Made by a program: the position numbers and the translations under genes. This document shows, one piece after another, positions 36,539-54,290 of a stretch of 64,000 nt of DNA (position 1 is its first letter; every line of letters starts with the position of its first letter). This DNA comes from the human T2T-CHM13v2.0 reference genome, Homo sapiens. The DNA is taken from NCBI RefSeq assembly GCF_009914755.1, contig NC_060927.1. One strand, 5' to 3'. The notes under the pieces are model-generated. The model was not told where the DNA came from and made no database searches. It saw only the letters and a program-made list of their open reading frames with translations.

Positions 36539-38622
36539 TGATCCGCCCACCTCAGCCTCCCAAAGTGCTGGGATTACAGGCGTGAGCCACTGTGCCCAGC
36601 CTGTCCATATTTTTAAATAACTCCAATCAGGCCAAAAAAGAATACAAGCCTGATCTCAAACTGGCAGGGGGATACCTTTTTAATTTATAAAAGGAGGTAA
36701 AAATGAGGTAGCAGAACCCTAACAATGATGGGAGGGAAAAGAGGCCAATTATATGCCAAGATTTGTTCAATATGTTTGAGAAAGTATTCTACTTTCTGTT
36801 CCATCCCGAAACATGTCCTAATGATGAATGTTTTCTGTATGTTTGGCATTGTAAAAGTAATCATTTTCTTTCATTATATTATTACTCAACATTTACCTGG
36901 GTATGTCTCACAAACATGAGAAAATGAGACATGTTAAATCTTTAAAAATTTAGCAAGTCATTGCTGTTTCAAATCAAAAGGAAGTGTAAAGTTAGTCACT
37001 GTTACAAGTCAGATTCCTAGGCATGCAAACTCTTAGGACAGGTTAGTGTGCAGAAAACTTATGAAGAGCTTCTCTCAGGATTATCATTTGTAAAGGAAGG
37101 AAGGAAGTGGCTGGGATGAACTCACAAAAAAGGCCTCAGATGACCCAAAAGAAACTCTAAAGCTGAATGACTCCTTAGGGTTGTCCTATGCTGGGCCCAA
37201 GGAGCCAGGTACTTTAATGAACCAGAACCTGGAGGCACACTACTCACAACGAAAGCATGTGACCATGAATGAGTTGCTCTCTTCAGCCAAGGATGATTCC
37301 CAGACAGGTCTCACAGCCTCAGCAGCACACCCACTAGCTAAAAGAATGAATTTCTTTAAGCCTTAAGTGGGGATTTGGGTATTACATCATGGCATCCACT
37401 ACAATCAGTAATTCTGTAACTGTCCAAGTCTGACAAATTTTGAGTAAAACAATGTCATATATATTAATAGTGTGCTCCTAAGTGATTTGGCCCTCAGTTT
37501 CTTAAAGCTATTAACTAAATATCTAGGTTCTTTTCACAGCTGTAAAATTTGATGATTCCAAGACGTATGGCCAGGTCTATAAAGGGTGTATCAAAAGCCT
37601 TGCATTTGGGTATAATTAATTTTCACTAGGTATCATGTTGAGGTAACAGGTATGTATGTGAGAGTTTTATTCTACTTTGTATGTTGAAACTTTTTCTTTT
37701 TTTTGGAGACAGGGTCCCACTCTGTTGCCCAGTCGCTTAGGATGAAGTGCAGTGTCATGGCTCATCGTAGCCTCAACCTCCTGGGGCTCAAGCAATCCTC
37801 CTAACTCAGCCTTCTGCGTAGGTGGGACCACAACTCCTGGCTCAAGCGATCCACCCACCTTGGCCTCCCAAAGGGCTGGGATTACAGGCGTGAGCCACCG
37901 CACCTGGCCTGTATATTGAAATTTTCTATAAACGTGACAAAATAAAGTCCAATGAAAGCTTGAATATTTCTACTTATGTCAATTTTTTCATGCTTCCAAA
38001 TTTACCAGAAGGTTTACATATTTAAGTATTCTCCCTCTCTCCACCTCTCATCATACTCATACTCACTCCCCGACAACACATACACACATACAGTACCCTT
38101 TTCTTCTTCCCTCCTACGTAAATCCTCCTCTCCCTCCAATGCTTTGGCTCACATACCTCCCATACTCCCCCCACCCAGTTACCTATACCTAATGTTATTT
38201 ATACCCTCTCTCTCACTTCCACCTTCAACCTTCCTTCCTATAGCAACTCCCCATCCAGTTATTCCCTATGCAGAAGCTTCTCACCAGAATGTGTCTTCTA
38301 ATGAAAGGCAAAAATTGCTAATCCCAAATGTAGTGGGCACTTCTGGTTCATTATTCTTCCCTTGAAATGCTCTCCTCCTTTCTCCCCTAACACTGTCTCC
38401 GTCATCTCCTCTACATCCTCTTCTGTCCCCTCATTAATTTTAGTATTTCCCATGTTTCCTTAATAGGATCTACTCTCCTTACTCCCTTTCAGTAATCCTT
38501 AGTAATCCTTACTGACACAGACCCCTTTGAGAATCTGACTATACAAATGTGTACGTCTTCAGTTCAAGAGCTAATAAAAAAAAAAGTACAAATTGTTGTT
38601 CAGAATCTTATGAGGATCATTA

Positions 38623-39044
<422 letters not shown>

Positions 39045-41032
39045 TCATAAACTGGTGACTTCTGAATCTGTATCTCCAACTCAAATCTTTCTCCCCTGAA
39101 CTTCAGACCCAATATCGAAGTGCCTACTAGGAATCTCATCTCTCTTTTGCCAACCCACAGGTAATTCAAGCTTAACATGAGCAAATATAAATTTTATCTC
39201 CCATAAATCCCCACCTAAAAGCCTGGTCTTCCTCCTGCATCCCTTATTCTCTTGGTACTGACACTATCATTCATTCACAAACTAAATACCTTGAAACCAC
39301 CCAGACTCTTCACCTCCATTCCATATCCAATTGTTCTCCCTGCATGTAGTTTATAAAAATCTGCCAATTCCACCCCTTCAGGTTTTATTTGCATGACTAC
39401 TACTGCCTTAGTTCAACCTTCATCATTGTTCACCCCGAATTTCGAGTTTTCTAGCTTATCTCCGTGCCTTACCTAATCAATTCATCTTCCACACTGCCAC
39501 CATATGATCTTTCTAAAACACAAGTCTGATTACATGCCTTTCTCTTGAAAACCCTTGAAGCGAACTTTAAAATCCAAAGACTTTGGAATGACATATAAGG
39601 CCTTCCAGAATCTAGCCCCTACCTACCTGTCTTCCACCCCAAATCTCATTTCACTAAGCTTTCTCCAAGAACTCCATACTCCATTCTCACCCACCACTGA
39701 CCATTCCAAAACATGCAATGCTTACTCATCCTCCATGATTTGCTGTTCCTAGAATGTCCTTCTTCCTGCCTTGCATGGTCAATTCTTCTTCAAAAATCAA
39801 TTCAAATATGACCTCCAAGAGGAAGCCTTTCTTAATTAACCTCCCTCAATCTGTTGAAAAAGCACTTTACACATTCTCCTATTACAGCACTTAATCACAT
39901 TATATTGTCATTGTTCACTGGGTCTCACTCAAGGCCAGAAACTTATTTATCTCTAAATCTTTAAACTAGTGTTGGCACATAAGCCAGCACCTAATAAATG
40001 TAAAATGAATTAATCATAAAAAGAACATTAAATCTGGGAGTGACCTTGGTAATCACTTGTTCTGTGACCTCATTTTAACCAAGATGGACTTTCATGGATT
40101 ACATAACTGGGTACTAGCAATGAAAAATAGAGGCTCAGTCTACTGATTCCCAGCCTAGAATTATTTTCACTTATCCAGCACTATCTGTACTTCTATTAAA
40201 ACAGTCCATGGCATACACAGAGACAATTTTAGCTTCTTGCCCCTTCCCAAAAATGATTACAGAAACTGAGCAATAGGCAGAATAATTAGCCACAAGATAT
40301 ACAACCTTTTATTGGAAAGAAGAAATAGGAACAGGTACTGGCAATAATGGATAGTGACTGAGGCAGGAAGAGCAAAAGGAAGGGGAGGATGGATTCTCAA
40401 TAACAGGTTTGTGAGGGTCAGGAAATCCTTACTGCACAAAAACTGGACCAGCAAGAGCCCTGCCTAAATTCTCTACACACTAACTTCAATTTTTAAAGTT
40501 AGCCTTAAATGCTTCAAGTGGACATATATGCTATAAAGCATTTGTACCATCTTCTGTGTAAAAGAGATTCCAACAAAAAACAAAGATCGGCCTATATACC
40601 AGTCTAAAATTTACAGCATCAGAAACCTTAATATGTATATGTATATTAAATGTGTATGCATAATGTATTCATGTGTAATATATATGTTTAAAATAAGTAA
40701 ATACATATATACTAAACTCATGATTAGACTAAGCTGGTTTTCATTCATTTATAAAATTTTCTGGGAATGTAATAGCAATAAACCGATGCTGATCAACCCA
40801 AATAAACACGTACACTCTATTTCTCTTGTGGTATGAGAGTAACTATGCTGAATTTGAGTCATGGCTGGGCATGGTGGCTCACGCCTATAATCCCAGCACT
40901 TTGGGAGGCCGAGGCAGGTGGATCACGAGGTCAGGAGTTCGATACCAGCCTGACCAACATGGTGAAACCCCATCTCTACTAAAAATACAAAAAGTAGCCA
41001 GACGTGGTGGCGCACACCTGTAATCTCAGCTA

Positions 41033-41140
<108 letters not shown>

Positions 41141-42014
41141 TCAAAAAAAAAAAAAAAAGTGGGAGAATACACTTCTCTCACTGATGTCAAAAGTCTGAGA
41201 TAGGCCAGGTGCAGTGGCTCACACTTACAATACCAGCATTTTGGGAGGCTGGGGCAGGAGGATCACTCAAGCCCAGGAGTTCGAGACCAGCCTAAGCAGC
41301 ATAGTGAAACCCTGCCTCTACGAAAAATAAACAAAATTAGCCAGACATGGTGGCACATGCCTGTGGTCCCAGCTACTAAGGAGGCTGAAGTGGGAGGATC
41401 ATTAGAGTCCAGGAGTTCGAGGCTGCAAGTGAGCCATGATCGGATCACTGCACCCTAGCCTGCGTGACAGAGGCCCCATCTCAAAAAACAACAACAACAA
41501 CAAGTCTGAGATAGGGCCGGAACAATAACCGTTTCATAATCAATTTATCTAAATTTCCCCATTTTTCACCTTTTCCAAATGAAGAGTGAATTGTTTAGCC
41601 TATGTTCATTGAATAAAACATTTCTCCTTCCTCCATTACATATGTAAATAATTCCTGGGACCCAGCTATATGCCAAACACTGTGCTAAGCCTGCCACTGT
41701 GCTAAGCCTGCCATCACTTAGCAAGGCATTCTCAAACCTTTTTTAAATCTCTGAATTATAGCACCAAAATTAAACTCCAAAATTAAAGATGTCGAGTATG
41801 TTTCCAAACAATAACTAGTAGGACATATTCTAGATACATATACAAGGAAATAATCTCTGGATTCAGCCAAACAAAAACGACTATACCATAAAAAGTTAGT
41901 ATTTATCATTTCCAAATTGGTGCAAATTAATCAACAGTTCTTGGACAAGTAAAACTATATTCTTTGCCCAATATAGTTGTGTGCAGGCATATTTTAAAGT
42001 CTAAACTTCTTTTA

Positions 42015-42164
<150 letters not shown>

Positions 42165-42506
42165 TTAGCAGGACATGGGGGCATGCACCTGCAATCCCAG
42201 CTACTCGGGAGGGTGAGGTGGAACAATCACCTAAGCCCAGGAGGTTGAAGCTGTATTGAGCCAAGATCGTGTCACTGCACTCCAGCCTGGGCAACCAGAA
42301 TGAGACCCTCTCTCAAAAAAAAAAAAAAAAAAAAAAACTTTTCGGCTGGGCACAGTGGTTCATGCCTATCATCTCAGCATTGGGAGGCTGAGGCAGGAGA
42401 ATCACTTGAGCCCATGAATCTAAGACCAGCCTGGGCAACTGAGTGAGACCCTGTTACTACAAAAAAAAAAAAATTTAAAAATTAACCAGGTGTGGTGGCA
42501 CACACC

Positions 42507-42722
42507 CTTCTCTCTCTTGCTCCTTCTTTCGCCATGTGATAGGCCTGCTCCCCTTTAGCCTTCTGCCATGATTGGAAGCTTCTTGAGACCCTCACCAGAA
42601 GCAGATGCTGGCACCATACTCCCTGTACAGCCTGCAGAACCGTGAACCAAAATAAATATCTTTTCTTTATAAATTACCCAGCCTCAGGTATTCCTTAACA
42701 GCAACACAAACGGACTTACACA
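42507..42722 (+). mobile_element. MST (MaLR) LTR, 3' half only
   Basis: gccatgattggaagctt..ccagaagcagatgctggcacc..aaattacccagcctcaggtatt. Confidence 0.8.
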
Positions 42723-43254
42723 TTGCTATAAAAGATAACAAGCTCAGGTCAAAGAGAAATGAACTTGAGACCAGAGAACTCTCCTAAGACAGCACAAGTT
42801 TACCTTTGTGAGGCTTCCTAGCCCAAGTCTGTTTTTCTTCTTTAAATTTTTTATTGAGCAGCACTTAAAACCTGTTACTGTAAACCTCCACCCACTTTAT
42901 TTTAGTACTGAACCAAAAAGCAAATACATGCCTCAAAAAATCACTGAATCTAAATAACAAACTAAGGTTTTGAAGAAATTAGCAGTTCTCTAATATTCAA
43001 GCAACTATGCCCAAATCAGCATTAGCCCATTTAAATATCCCTGATCAGCTGGATTCCAAAGACCTGTCAACTATTTCTTTAAAATATCTAGCACAAATAA
43101 TCATATGCCAGAAAAATATGCATTTTAATTAAAAACAAGAAAGAATAATTAATATGGCAGATGTGCCTTAGTCACTAAAAATAATGCTACAGGCCGGGCA
43201 CGGTGGTTCATGCCTGTAATCCCAGCACCCTGGGAGGCTGAGGCAGGAGGATCA

Positions 43255-43543
<289 letters not shown>

Positions 43544-44263
43544 TTACTTTAACGTTCACTATAGCACTTTAAATAACTAAATACCATTATATTTGAGAGA
43601 CCAGTGATAGCTAAACATATATGCCAATTTTACAGGGAAGTGGAGGTGAAGAAAAAGAACAGTTAAACACTGTAATTTTAAAAATATAAATGTCACTCAA
43701 GCCAAGCTGTTCACTGAAAACCTGAACAGTTAAACTTCGGAGTTTTTTTAATTTTGTATTGAATCATCTTTGGGTAAGTCAGTACTTTATACATGCACTT
43801 TTGACGAATAAGTTTCACCAGTCAACTACCATTAAACAAAGACTCATCATAGGTTATTAAAAATGGATGATGTATATGTATAACCACTCAGACCCACAAC
43901 ATATTCATATACTCAAGCCATGCCTCATTTCATATTCTGGTAAGAACTAAAAGAGAACGCCAGACATCGTTTATCTTAATAACTAAGTAGGGGAGGCTTT
44001 TATAGAATGTTTGTGGTTACAGAGCACTTTTATAATATTCCATTATTTTCCTATTTTGGCAAAGCAATGACAGCCACTCACAAAATTATTACCTATAAGA
44101 TAATGTAGGCTGATTAATTAGGCAAAATTAAGTTGATTCATACCTGAACAAACATTAATCAATAAACCAACATAAATTAAGATCCAAATTTCCCAAATTG
44201 GTGTTGCACGGAACCAGGTTTGCTTTATTACCCTCTTAAGAGAGTCATCCCAAAATACATTAG

Positions 44264-44931
<668 letters not shown>

Positions 44932-45000
44932 TAATGGTCATAAACCTTGTGTTCAAATTTGGTCACAGGTGTTCACTTTGTTCACTTTTTTCTTTTTTAA

Positions 45001-45411
<411 letters not shown>

Positions 45412-46278
45412 TAAGTAGTAAATGTGATTAAATGATTTGAAGGAAAAAAAACTACTTTTAATCAGCATATTAGGCAAGATTATACTATAAAGATCATCTT
45501 AAAGCATACAAAGACAATTTTATCTAAATTAAGTTTTAAAATGCATTTGTTGACATATCTACTTTAAAACGGCTTATCTTGGGCTGGGCATGGTGCTCAC
45601 ACCTGTAATCACAGCACTTTGGGAGGCCAAGGCAGGTGATCACCTGAGGTCAAGAGTTTGAGATCAGCCTGGCCAACACGGTGAAACTCCACCTCTACTA
45701 AAAATACAAAAACTAGCCAGGCGTGGTGGCGGGGGCCTGTAGTCCCAGCTACTCAAGAGGCTGAGGCAAGAGAACACTTGAACCCAGGAGGCAGAGGTTG
45801 CAGTGAGCTGAGATCCCTCCACTGCACTCCAGCTTGGGCAACAGAGCGAGACTCCGTCTCAAAAAAAAAATAAAAAATAAAAATAAAATGGCATGCCCTG
45901 TTTGTAAACTCATGAATGTTAAAAATGTAGGCTAAAATGGCATACATTACACAGGGGCAAAACTGCCTATGTACCCTGATATTTGGACTTCTTATGTTTC
46001 CGACTAAAATTTTTTTTTAACAATTTTTGTATTTTGTTACTACGTGATAAGCTAAAAGTGGCTTCAAAACGGCATCTACAAACACTTCAAATAACACATT
46101 CCAAGTATGAACAGTCTCTGGTCTCCAAAAATAAAAAGCAATACTGGGTAGCACTGTATTTTCTCTTTTTAACGTTACTTTTTGAAATATTACCAAGGAC
46201 CTGTTCAGATACAGGATGTTAACACAGACAACTTATAAAGAATAAAAGACACTTTGGGAGGCTGAGGTGGGCAGATCA

Positions 46279-46741
<463 letters not shown>

Positions 46742-46858
46742 TCATCTGAGGTCAGAAGTTCAACACTAGCCTGACCAATGTAGTGAAATTCTGACTCTAT
46801 TAAATAAAAAAAAAAAAAATCAGGCATGGTGGCACATGCCTGTAATCCCAGCTACTTA

Positions 46859-47014
<156 letters not shown>

Positions 47015-47511
47015 TTACATTTTTATGCTCATCATCTAGTATTTCATTATCGACTTAATTTTCTTAATGCTTCTTGTCTCTAACCGTTGATCTATTGAAT
47101 GAAGTATTGAAACAATGAGTAAGAGTTAATAAAATACATGACTAAGATTAAAACAATATGAAACCTTCATGACAGAAGGATTAAGCTGAATTATTAACTG
47201 GTTACAGCACCACTAATTTGTCTCATGCTCATTTGACATCTCTTCACATTACCTCATTTTAAAGGAAGATAAACATTTAAAATGTTTTCTCTTTTTCTAA
47301 AGTAACAGAAGTCCTTTCACTACCACCGTGGAACACCTTCTTGGGCCCGATTACTAAGGTGAAGAAATTGTTCTAAAGGTCTGTAAATGGTAAGCTCCAA
47401 AAATTTGTTCACAACCCCATCCAGCTCAATGTTTTAAAATCAAAACTTGGCCGGGCGCGGTGGTTCACACCTGTAATCTGAGCACTTTGGGAGGCTGAGG
47501 CAGGTGGATCA

Positions 47512-47688
<177 letters not shown>

Positions 47689-47736
47689 TCACTGCACTCC
47701 AGCCTCGGCAACAGAGTGAGACTCTGTCTCAAAAAA

Positions 47737-47768
<32 letters not shown>

Positions 47769-47909
47769 CAAAACTTACGTGGGCTGAAGAAAAAAAAATT
47801 TTTTAATTTAAAATTTTTTTAAAAAATCAAAACTTAAACAAGATGAAAACACTGAAGGCAAATTTCTCACACAGTTTTAAGAACAAATCTAAGTTCTTTA
47901 AATGTTATA

Positions 47910-48100
47910 ACACTGTCCAACAGAACTTTATGCAACAATGGAAATGTTTTATATCTGCAATGTCCAATAAGGAAGCCATTACACTCACATGTGGCTACTG
48001 AGCATTTACAATGTTGTTAAGGATAACAGAAGAACTGGATTTTAAATTGTATTTACTTTTAATTAGACGAAATTTAAATTGTCACATATGGCTAGTGGCT
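47910..48100. mobile_element. MER3-like hAT DNA transposon
   Basis: ctgtccaacagaacttt..cacatgtggctactgagca..cacatatggctagtggct. Confidence 0.7.
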
Positions 48101-48129
48101 TTGTATAAAATGTAGGTTTAGAATGTGAT

Positions 48130-49800
48130 CTTATTCTGCTTCCAGACAAAATTGGAATAATCAGATTTACTCTCCTAACTGAAATAACTAAAAAACAGAA
48201 TAGAACAATAGGTTTTCAAATATTGACGAACAGGCGGCACAGGACAGTGATCCCTGAAAAGGGGAACAAATATAAACCCTACAACCATCCTAGCTTATTG
48301 CCTGGGAATACTTTTCAGGCCAAAAAGCACAGGGAGGGAGAATCCAAAGCCTGGATTGAGGGGGGTGGGGGAGAAAAAGCTCCCCTGAATTGAGAAGCCA
48401 GAGCTGGAAGCCAAGGCAGCTGGACTTGTCAGAGCGAAGCACAGAGATGAGAGAGCTGCACAGAGAAAGAGGTCCAGCGCACCACTGCACTCCAGCCTGG
48501 GAGACAGAGCGAGACTCCGTCTCAAAAAAAAAAAAAAAGAGAAAGAAGTCCAGAGTGGTGTACCAGGTCCCTCTCAAGTCTTCAGCTCAGTACTGATTAA
48601 TTAGCACATGCGTATAAACTACCAGAGAAGCCCCAGAAAGAAGCAGTGGAAACAATCCCCACAACTCACAGAAGTAGCAGAGTAATTCCTCCTTCCACTA
48701 CCCAAAGTGAGAATCTCACAAGGCATCAGATGAGTAGTCAGAAGGTTCCTGCCCTCAGTAGCATGGAAAAACTAGTCTCTAAAAGCTGCTGCGACTCTGC
48801 TGAACAAAAGCTTAAAAACAAGCCTTGAAAGGATCAAACAGTCTCCAAGTAACTTAGCCTCATCCCAGAACGAAGCTCAAGAATATTTGTAGTACAAAAA
48901 TATCCAGCAACAAAGTAAAATTTTACAAGGTAAAACTCACAATAGCTGGAAAATTAACCAGGCCAAGAAAGAAGCAGGAAAATATAACCCATGATGAGAA
49001 GAAAAACCAGTGCGAGCAACAAACCCAGAAAATGAAAGATGATAGAATTAGTAAACAACATTAAAAATGAAATTTATATTAAGCCAAATGCGGTGGCTCA
49101 CTCCTGTAACCCCAGCACTTTGGGAGGCCAAGGTAGGAGGAGAAAAATACTTGAGGCCAAGAGTTCAAGACCAGTCTGGGAAACACAGGGAGGCCCCACC
49201 TCTATGAAAAATTTTTAAAATGAAAGTTTTGTTTTTTGGTTTTTTTTTGAGACAAGGTCTCACTCTGCCACCCAGGCTGGAGTGCAGTGGCACGACCTCG
49301 ATCACTGCAACCTCTGCCTCCTGGGCTCAAGCAATCCTCCCACCTCAGCCTCCCAAGGGTCTGTGACTACAGGCACGCACCAACCATGTCCAGCTAATTT
49401 TTGTATTTGTTGTAGAGGCAGGGTTTTGCCATGTTGCCCAGGCTAGAAAAATCAAAGTTATTAAAATGGTAGTTATTTTAACTATATTCCATAAGTTCCG
49501 AAAGGTTTCATAAACCTACCAACAGAGCTTCAAAATACATGCAGCAAAAACTTATGATAAAACTCTGAAGAGAAACTGAAAACACATATAGTTCAGATTT
49601 CAACTCAATAACTGACAAAACTACTAAGAGTCTGTAAGAACAGAGAAAATAATGAACAATACTATCGACTAACCTGTGAAAATGTTTTAACTGACCAGAA
49701 ATATTGTGAATCAACAACTGTTCTCTAACTGCCAAACAAGATAAAGCAATCCTGACTCTTATCCAGGTAATAAGATTTCACAAAATAATTGAAGATCACA
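48130..49800 (+). mobile_element. Decayed ancient L1 fragments with Alu insertions
   Basis: L1M-like segments such as aacagagcttcaaaatacatgcagcaaaaact and gatgatagaattagtaaac. Confidence 0.5.
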
Positions 49801-49940
49801 TCATTAGAATTCTATGGTCCTGGCCAGGCGTGGTGGCTCATGCCTGTAATCGCAGCACTTTGGGAGGCAAAGGCGGGCGGATCACGAAGTCAGGAGATAG
49901 AGACCATCCTGGCTAACACGGTGAAACCCCGTCTCTACTA

Positions 49941-50503
<563 letters not shown>

Positions 50504-50758
50504 TTACAAACCCGAATTCTTACAGGAGCAAGTTAGATAAAGGTTAAAAAAAAAAAAGGGGGGGGGGGGGGACAAAGGTCACGTGTGACCAAGGACAAAC
50601 TGAGGAGGACATACTCCTACCACCAAAGAAAAAAGCCAATCTCTCAAATCTAGCCAATGATGCTAGCCAATAATGGAATGCTTCCAATTCAATGCTTCCA
50701 CTGTTGCAAAACCTCATACTTTTCCAGGAAGTGCCTAAAAATTTGGATTTTTATGTGA

Positions 50759-50996
<238 letters not shown>

Positions 50997-52055
50997 TGAT
51001 CTCAAACTCCTGACCTCAAAGGATCCGCCAGCCCTAGCCTCCTGAAGTGCTGGGATTACAGGCATGAGCCACTGTGCTCAGCCCAATTCAGCAAATTTTT
51101 AACAAAGCTAAAAAAAAAAAAAAAAAGTCTGGAAATCAAATTCATAGCAAAAGTTATGCTTTAATCCAACAACCTCATCTTACAAATGAAACAGAAAAAT
51201 CATTCAAGTCATCATAGAAGATAACTTCATCTAACCTTATCTAAAATACTATAGATATGGACACAAAAATCACCCTTTTAGAGGAAACTAAAACAAGGAT
51301 GCTACCAGAATAACTTGGGACACAACTCTTTTTTTCTTTTTTTTTGGGGGGGGGGTGGGGGAAGGGACAGAGTCTCACTGTCGCCCAGGCTGGAGTGCAG
51401 TGGTGCAATCTTGGCTCAATGCAACCTTCGCCTCCTGGGTTCAAGCAATTCTCCTGTGCGCACCACCACGCCCGGCTAATTTTTGTATTTTTAGTAGAGA
51501 CAGGGTTTCACCATGTTGGCCAGGCTGGTCTCAAACTCCTGACCTCAGATGATCCACCTGCCTCGGCCTCCCAAAGTGCTGGGATTACAGGCGTGAGCCA
51601 CCACGCCTGGCCAGGACCCAACTCCTCAGGAATGACAAAGCTGTCTTCCAACGCTGAAGGGCAAAATTTTATCAAAGGCTTTCTGAATTATTCCAGAAGA
51701 CAAAACTAAAATCAATGGAGACAATTACATACAGACAAGGTAACTTGGGGAAAATGGAAGCCAAAAAAAAAAATTGTTCTAAAAGAGGTTGTCAAAACAA
51801 CAGCATGGCTGTTTTGCAGAATATTTAGCTCAATTACCACAACCATATCGCTAAAAATCCCTGAAGAATTCTTTAACTAGGCTATCCTTACATTACTTCA
51901 AACCTAGACTACCTCAACTCTTCAGGTTCCCCAAAAATCAACATCCTTCCTTACTTCATTTCTGATATGAACTAAGTGACCTTTTGACTCCTTCAATTTT
52001 TCCCATATGTCTGTGTCAAACTGCCAGGTTTTGTCAGTTCTTCAACACCATTGTA

Positions 52056-52910
52056 TAACTGTCCCTAGATATCCATGGGTGATTGGTTCAAGCATCTCGC
52101 TTGAATACCAAAATCTGCAGATACTGAAGTCCTTGATATAACACAACATAGTATTTGCACATAACCTAAGCATATCCTCCTCTATTCTTCTAATCAGGGG
52201 TCCCTAAGCCTCCAGGTTATGGACAGGCTCCGGTCCTTGGCCTGTTAGGAACCAGGCTGCACAGCAGGAAGTGAGCAGGAAGTGAACTGGGTCCAGCAAG
52301 CAAAGCTTCACAGCCACTCCCCACTGCTCGCATTACCACCTGAGCTCTGCCTGTCAGATCTGCAGTGGCATTAGACTCTCATAGGAGCACAAACACTATT
52401 GTGAATTGTGCAAGCAAGGCATCTAGGCTGCACACTCATTAAGAAATAATGCTTGATGATCTGTCACTGTCTCCCATCACCCCCAGATGGGACCCTTGTG
52501 GAAAACACGCTCAGGGCTCCCACTAATCCTACATTATAGTGAACTCTATAATTATTTCATTACATATTACAATGTAATAATAATAGAAATAAAGTGCACA
52601 ATAAATGTAATGTGCTTGAATCATCCTGAAACCATCCCCTGACCCTGTGGAAAAATAGTCTTCCATGAAACCAGTCCCTAGTGCCAAAAAGGTAGGGAAC
52701 TGCCGCTTTAAATCATCTGCAGATTACTTATAACACCTAAACAATATAAATACTATGTAAGTAGTTGTTATACTGTAATGCTTAGAGAATCCTGACCAAA
52801 AAAAAATGTCCATACATGTTCAGCATAGTTGCAATTTTTTCCCAAATATTTTAGATCCAAGGTTGGCTGAATCCACAAATGCAGAACCCACAGATACGGA
52901 GGATTAGCTG
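52056..52910. mobile_element. MER2 (TcMar-Tigger) split by MER1A
   Basis: MER2 arms 52056-52194 and 52706-52910 with TA flanks. Confidence 0.85.
52195..52705. mobile_element. MER1A (hAT-Charlie)
   Basis: caggggtccc..gggaactgccg, ~510 bp, degenerate 8-bp TSD cttctaat/ctttaaat. Confidence 0.85.
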
Positions 52911-53599
52911 TACATTTTATCAAGTACATGTTATGTGAAAGCACTGTGCTAAACATACTCACCAACTTAAGACTAGAAAACATCTCATTTAATCAATTTA
53001 TAACGAGATAAACCCAACTACGACAAAGATAACACAATACATTTCAAATTAAAATGTTATGATAACCGTAAGAATGATCAAATGTTCCCTTTTCATTTTA
53101 TGTTGTTCCCTTTCTTTTCACTCCCACCACTCTATTCAAGCCTCATTAAAGAATCCTCTTATTAGAGACTCCAAACAAACCATATTTGGCCAGGCGCAGT
53201 GGCTCACGCCTGTAATCCTAGCACTTTGGGAGGTCGAGGTGGGAGGATGACCTGAGGTCAGGAGTTCAAGACCAGCCTGGCCAACATGGTGAAACCCTGT
53301 CTCTACTAAAAATACATGAAAAAAAAAATTAGCTGGGTGTGGCGGATGCCTGTAGAGTCCCAGCTACTCTAGGAGGCTAAGGCAGGAGAATAGCTTGAAC
53401 CAGGAGATGGACGTTGCAGTGAGCCGAGATCACACCACTGCACTCCAGCCTGGGTGACAGGGCAAGACTCCGTCTCAAAAAAAAAAAAAATTTTTTTTGA
53501 CCCCCAAATTAATATTTTCTAAAACAATTTCAGTTGTATCACTATCCTACTTAAATATTGTTTTTCAAATGCTTATAACACTGATTTGCAAATCCTCTC

Positions 53600-53740
53600 A
53601 TCCCAATCAAGATAGGCAGTTAAAATGCAGATTACAAGGGCCTGTCCACAGAGATTCTAATTCAATCAGTCTGGTGTGATGATTAGCAAGCTGGATTTTA
53701 ATAAGCTTTTAGGTGATTTTGATTCAGGTGACCTGTAGAA
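53600..53740. mobile_element. MER5A-like fragment
   Basis: gttaaaatgcagatt..cagagattctaattcaatcagtctgg..aggtgattttgat. Confidence 0.6.
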
Positions 53741-54134
53741 CATATTTTTTAAAAAAAAGAAAGAAAGAAACGGGTCTACAGGGTGAATGTCACATTCCTT
53801 AGCCTGGGATCAAAACTCTCCACACAAAAGGCCCCTGAATAACCACTATAGGGCAAGGGCTCTCCTACAAGAGCTCTTCATTCCAGGTAAACCCAATTTA
53901 CTGCTGTTTACACAAGCCAAAGGTTTTCTCCTTCAGGCCTTACTTAAAAATGTCCACTAGGCCAGGCGCAGTGGCTCACACCTGTAATCCCACCACTTTG
54001 GGAGGCCAAGCTGGGGGAGTTCACAAGGTACAGAGATCGAGACCATCCTGGCCAACATGGTGAAACTCCGTGTCTACTAAAAATACACTAATTAGCTAGG
54101 CGTGGTGGGGCATGCCTATAGTCCCAGTTACTCA

Positions 54135-54290
<156 letters not shown>

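Noticed and set aside
41678-41713. 17-bp tandem duplication (similar short ones at 38491 and 63104-63133)
   Set aside because: Ordinary slippage duplications with no further structure.
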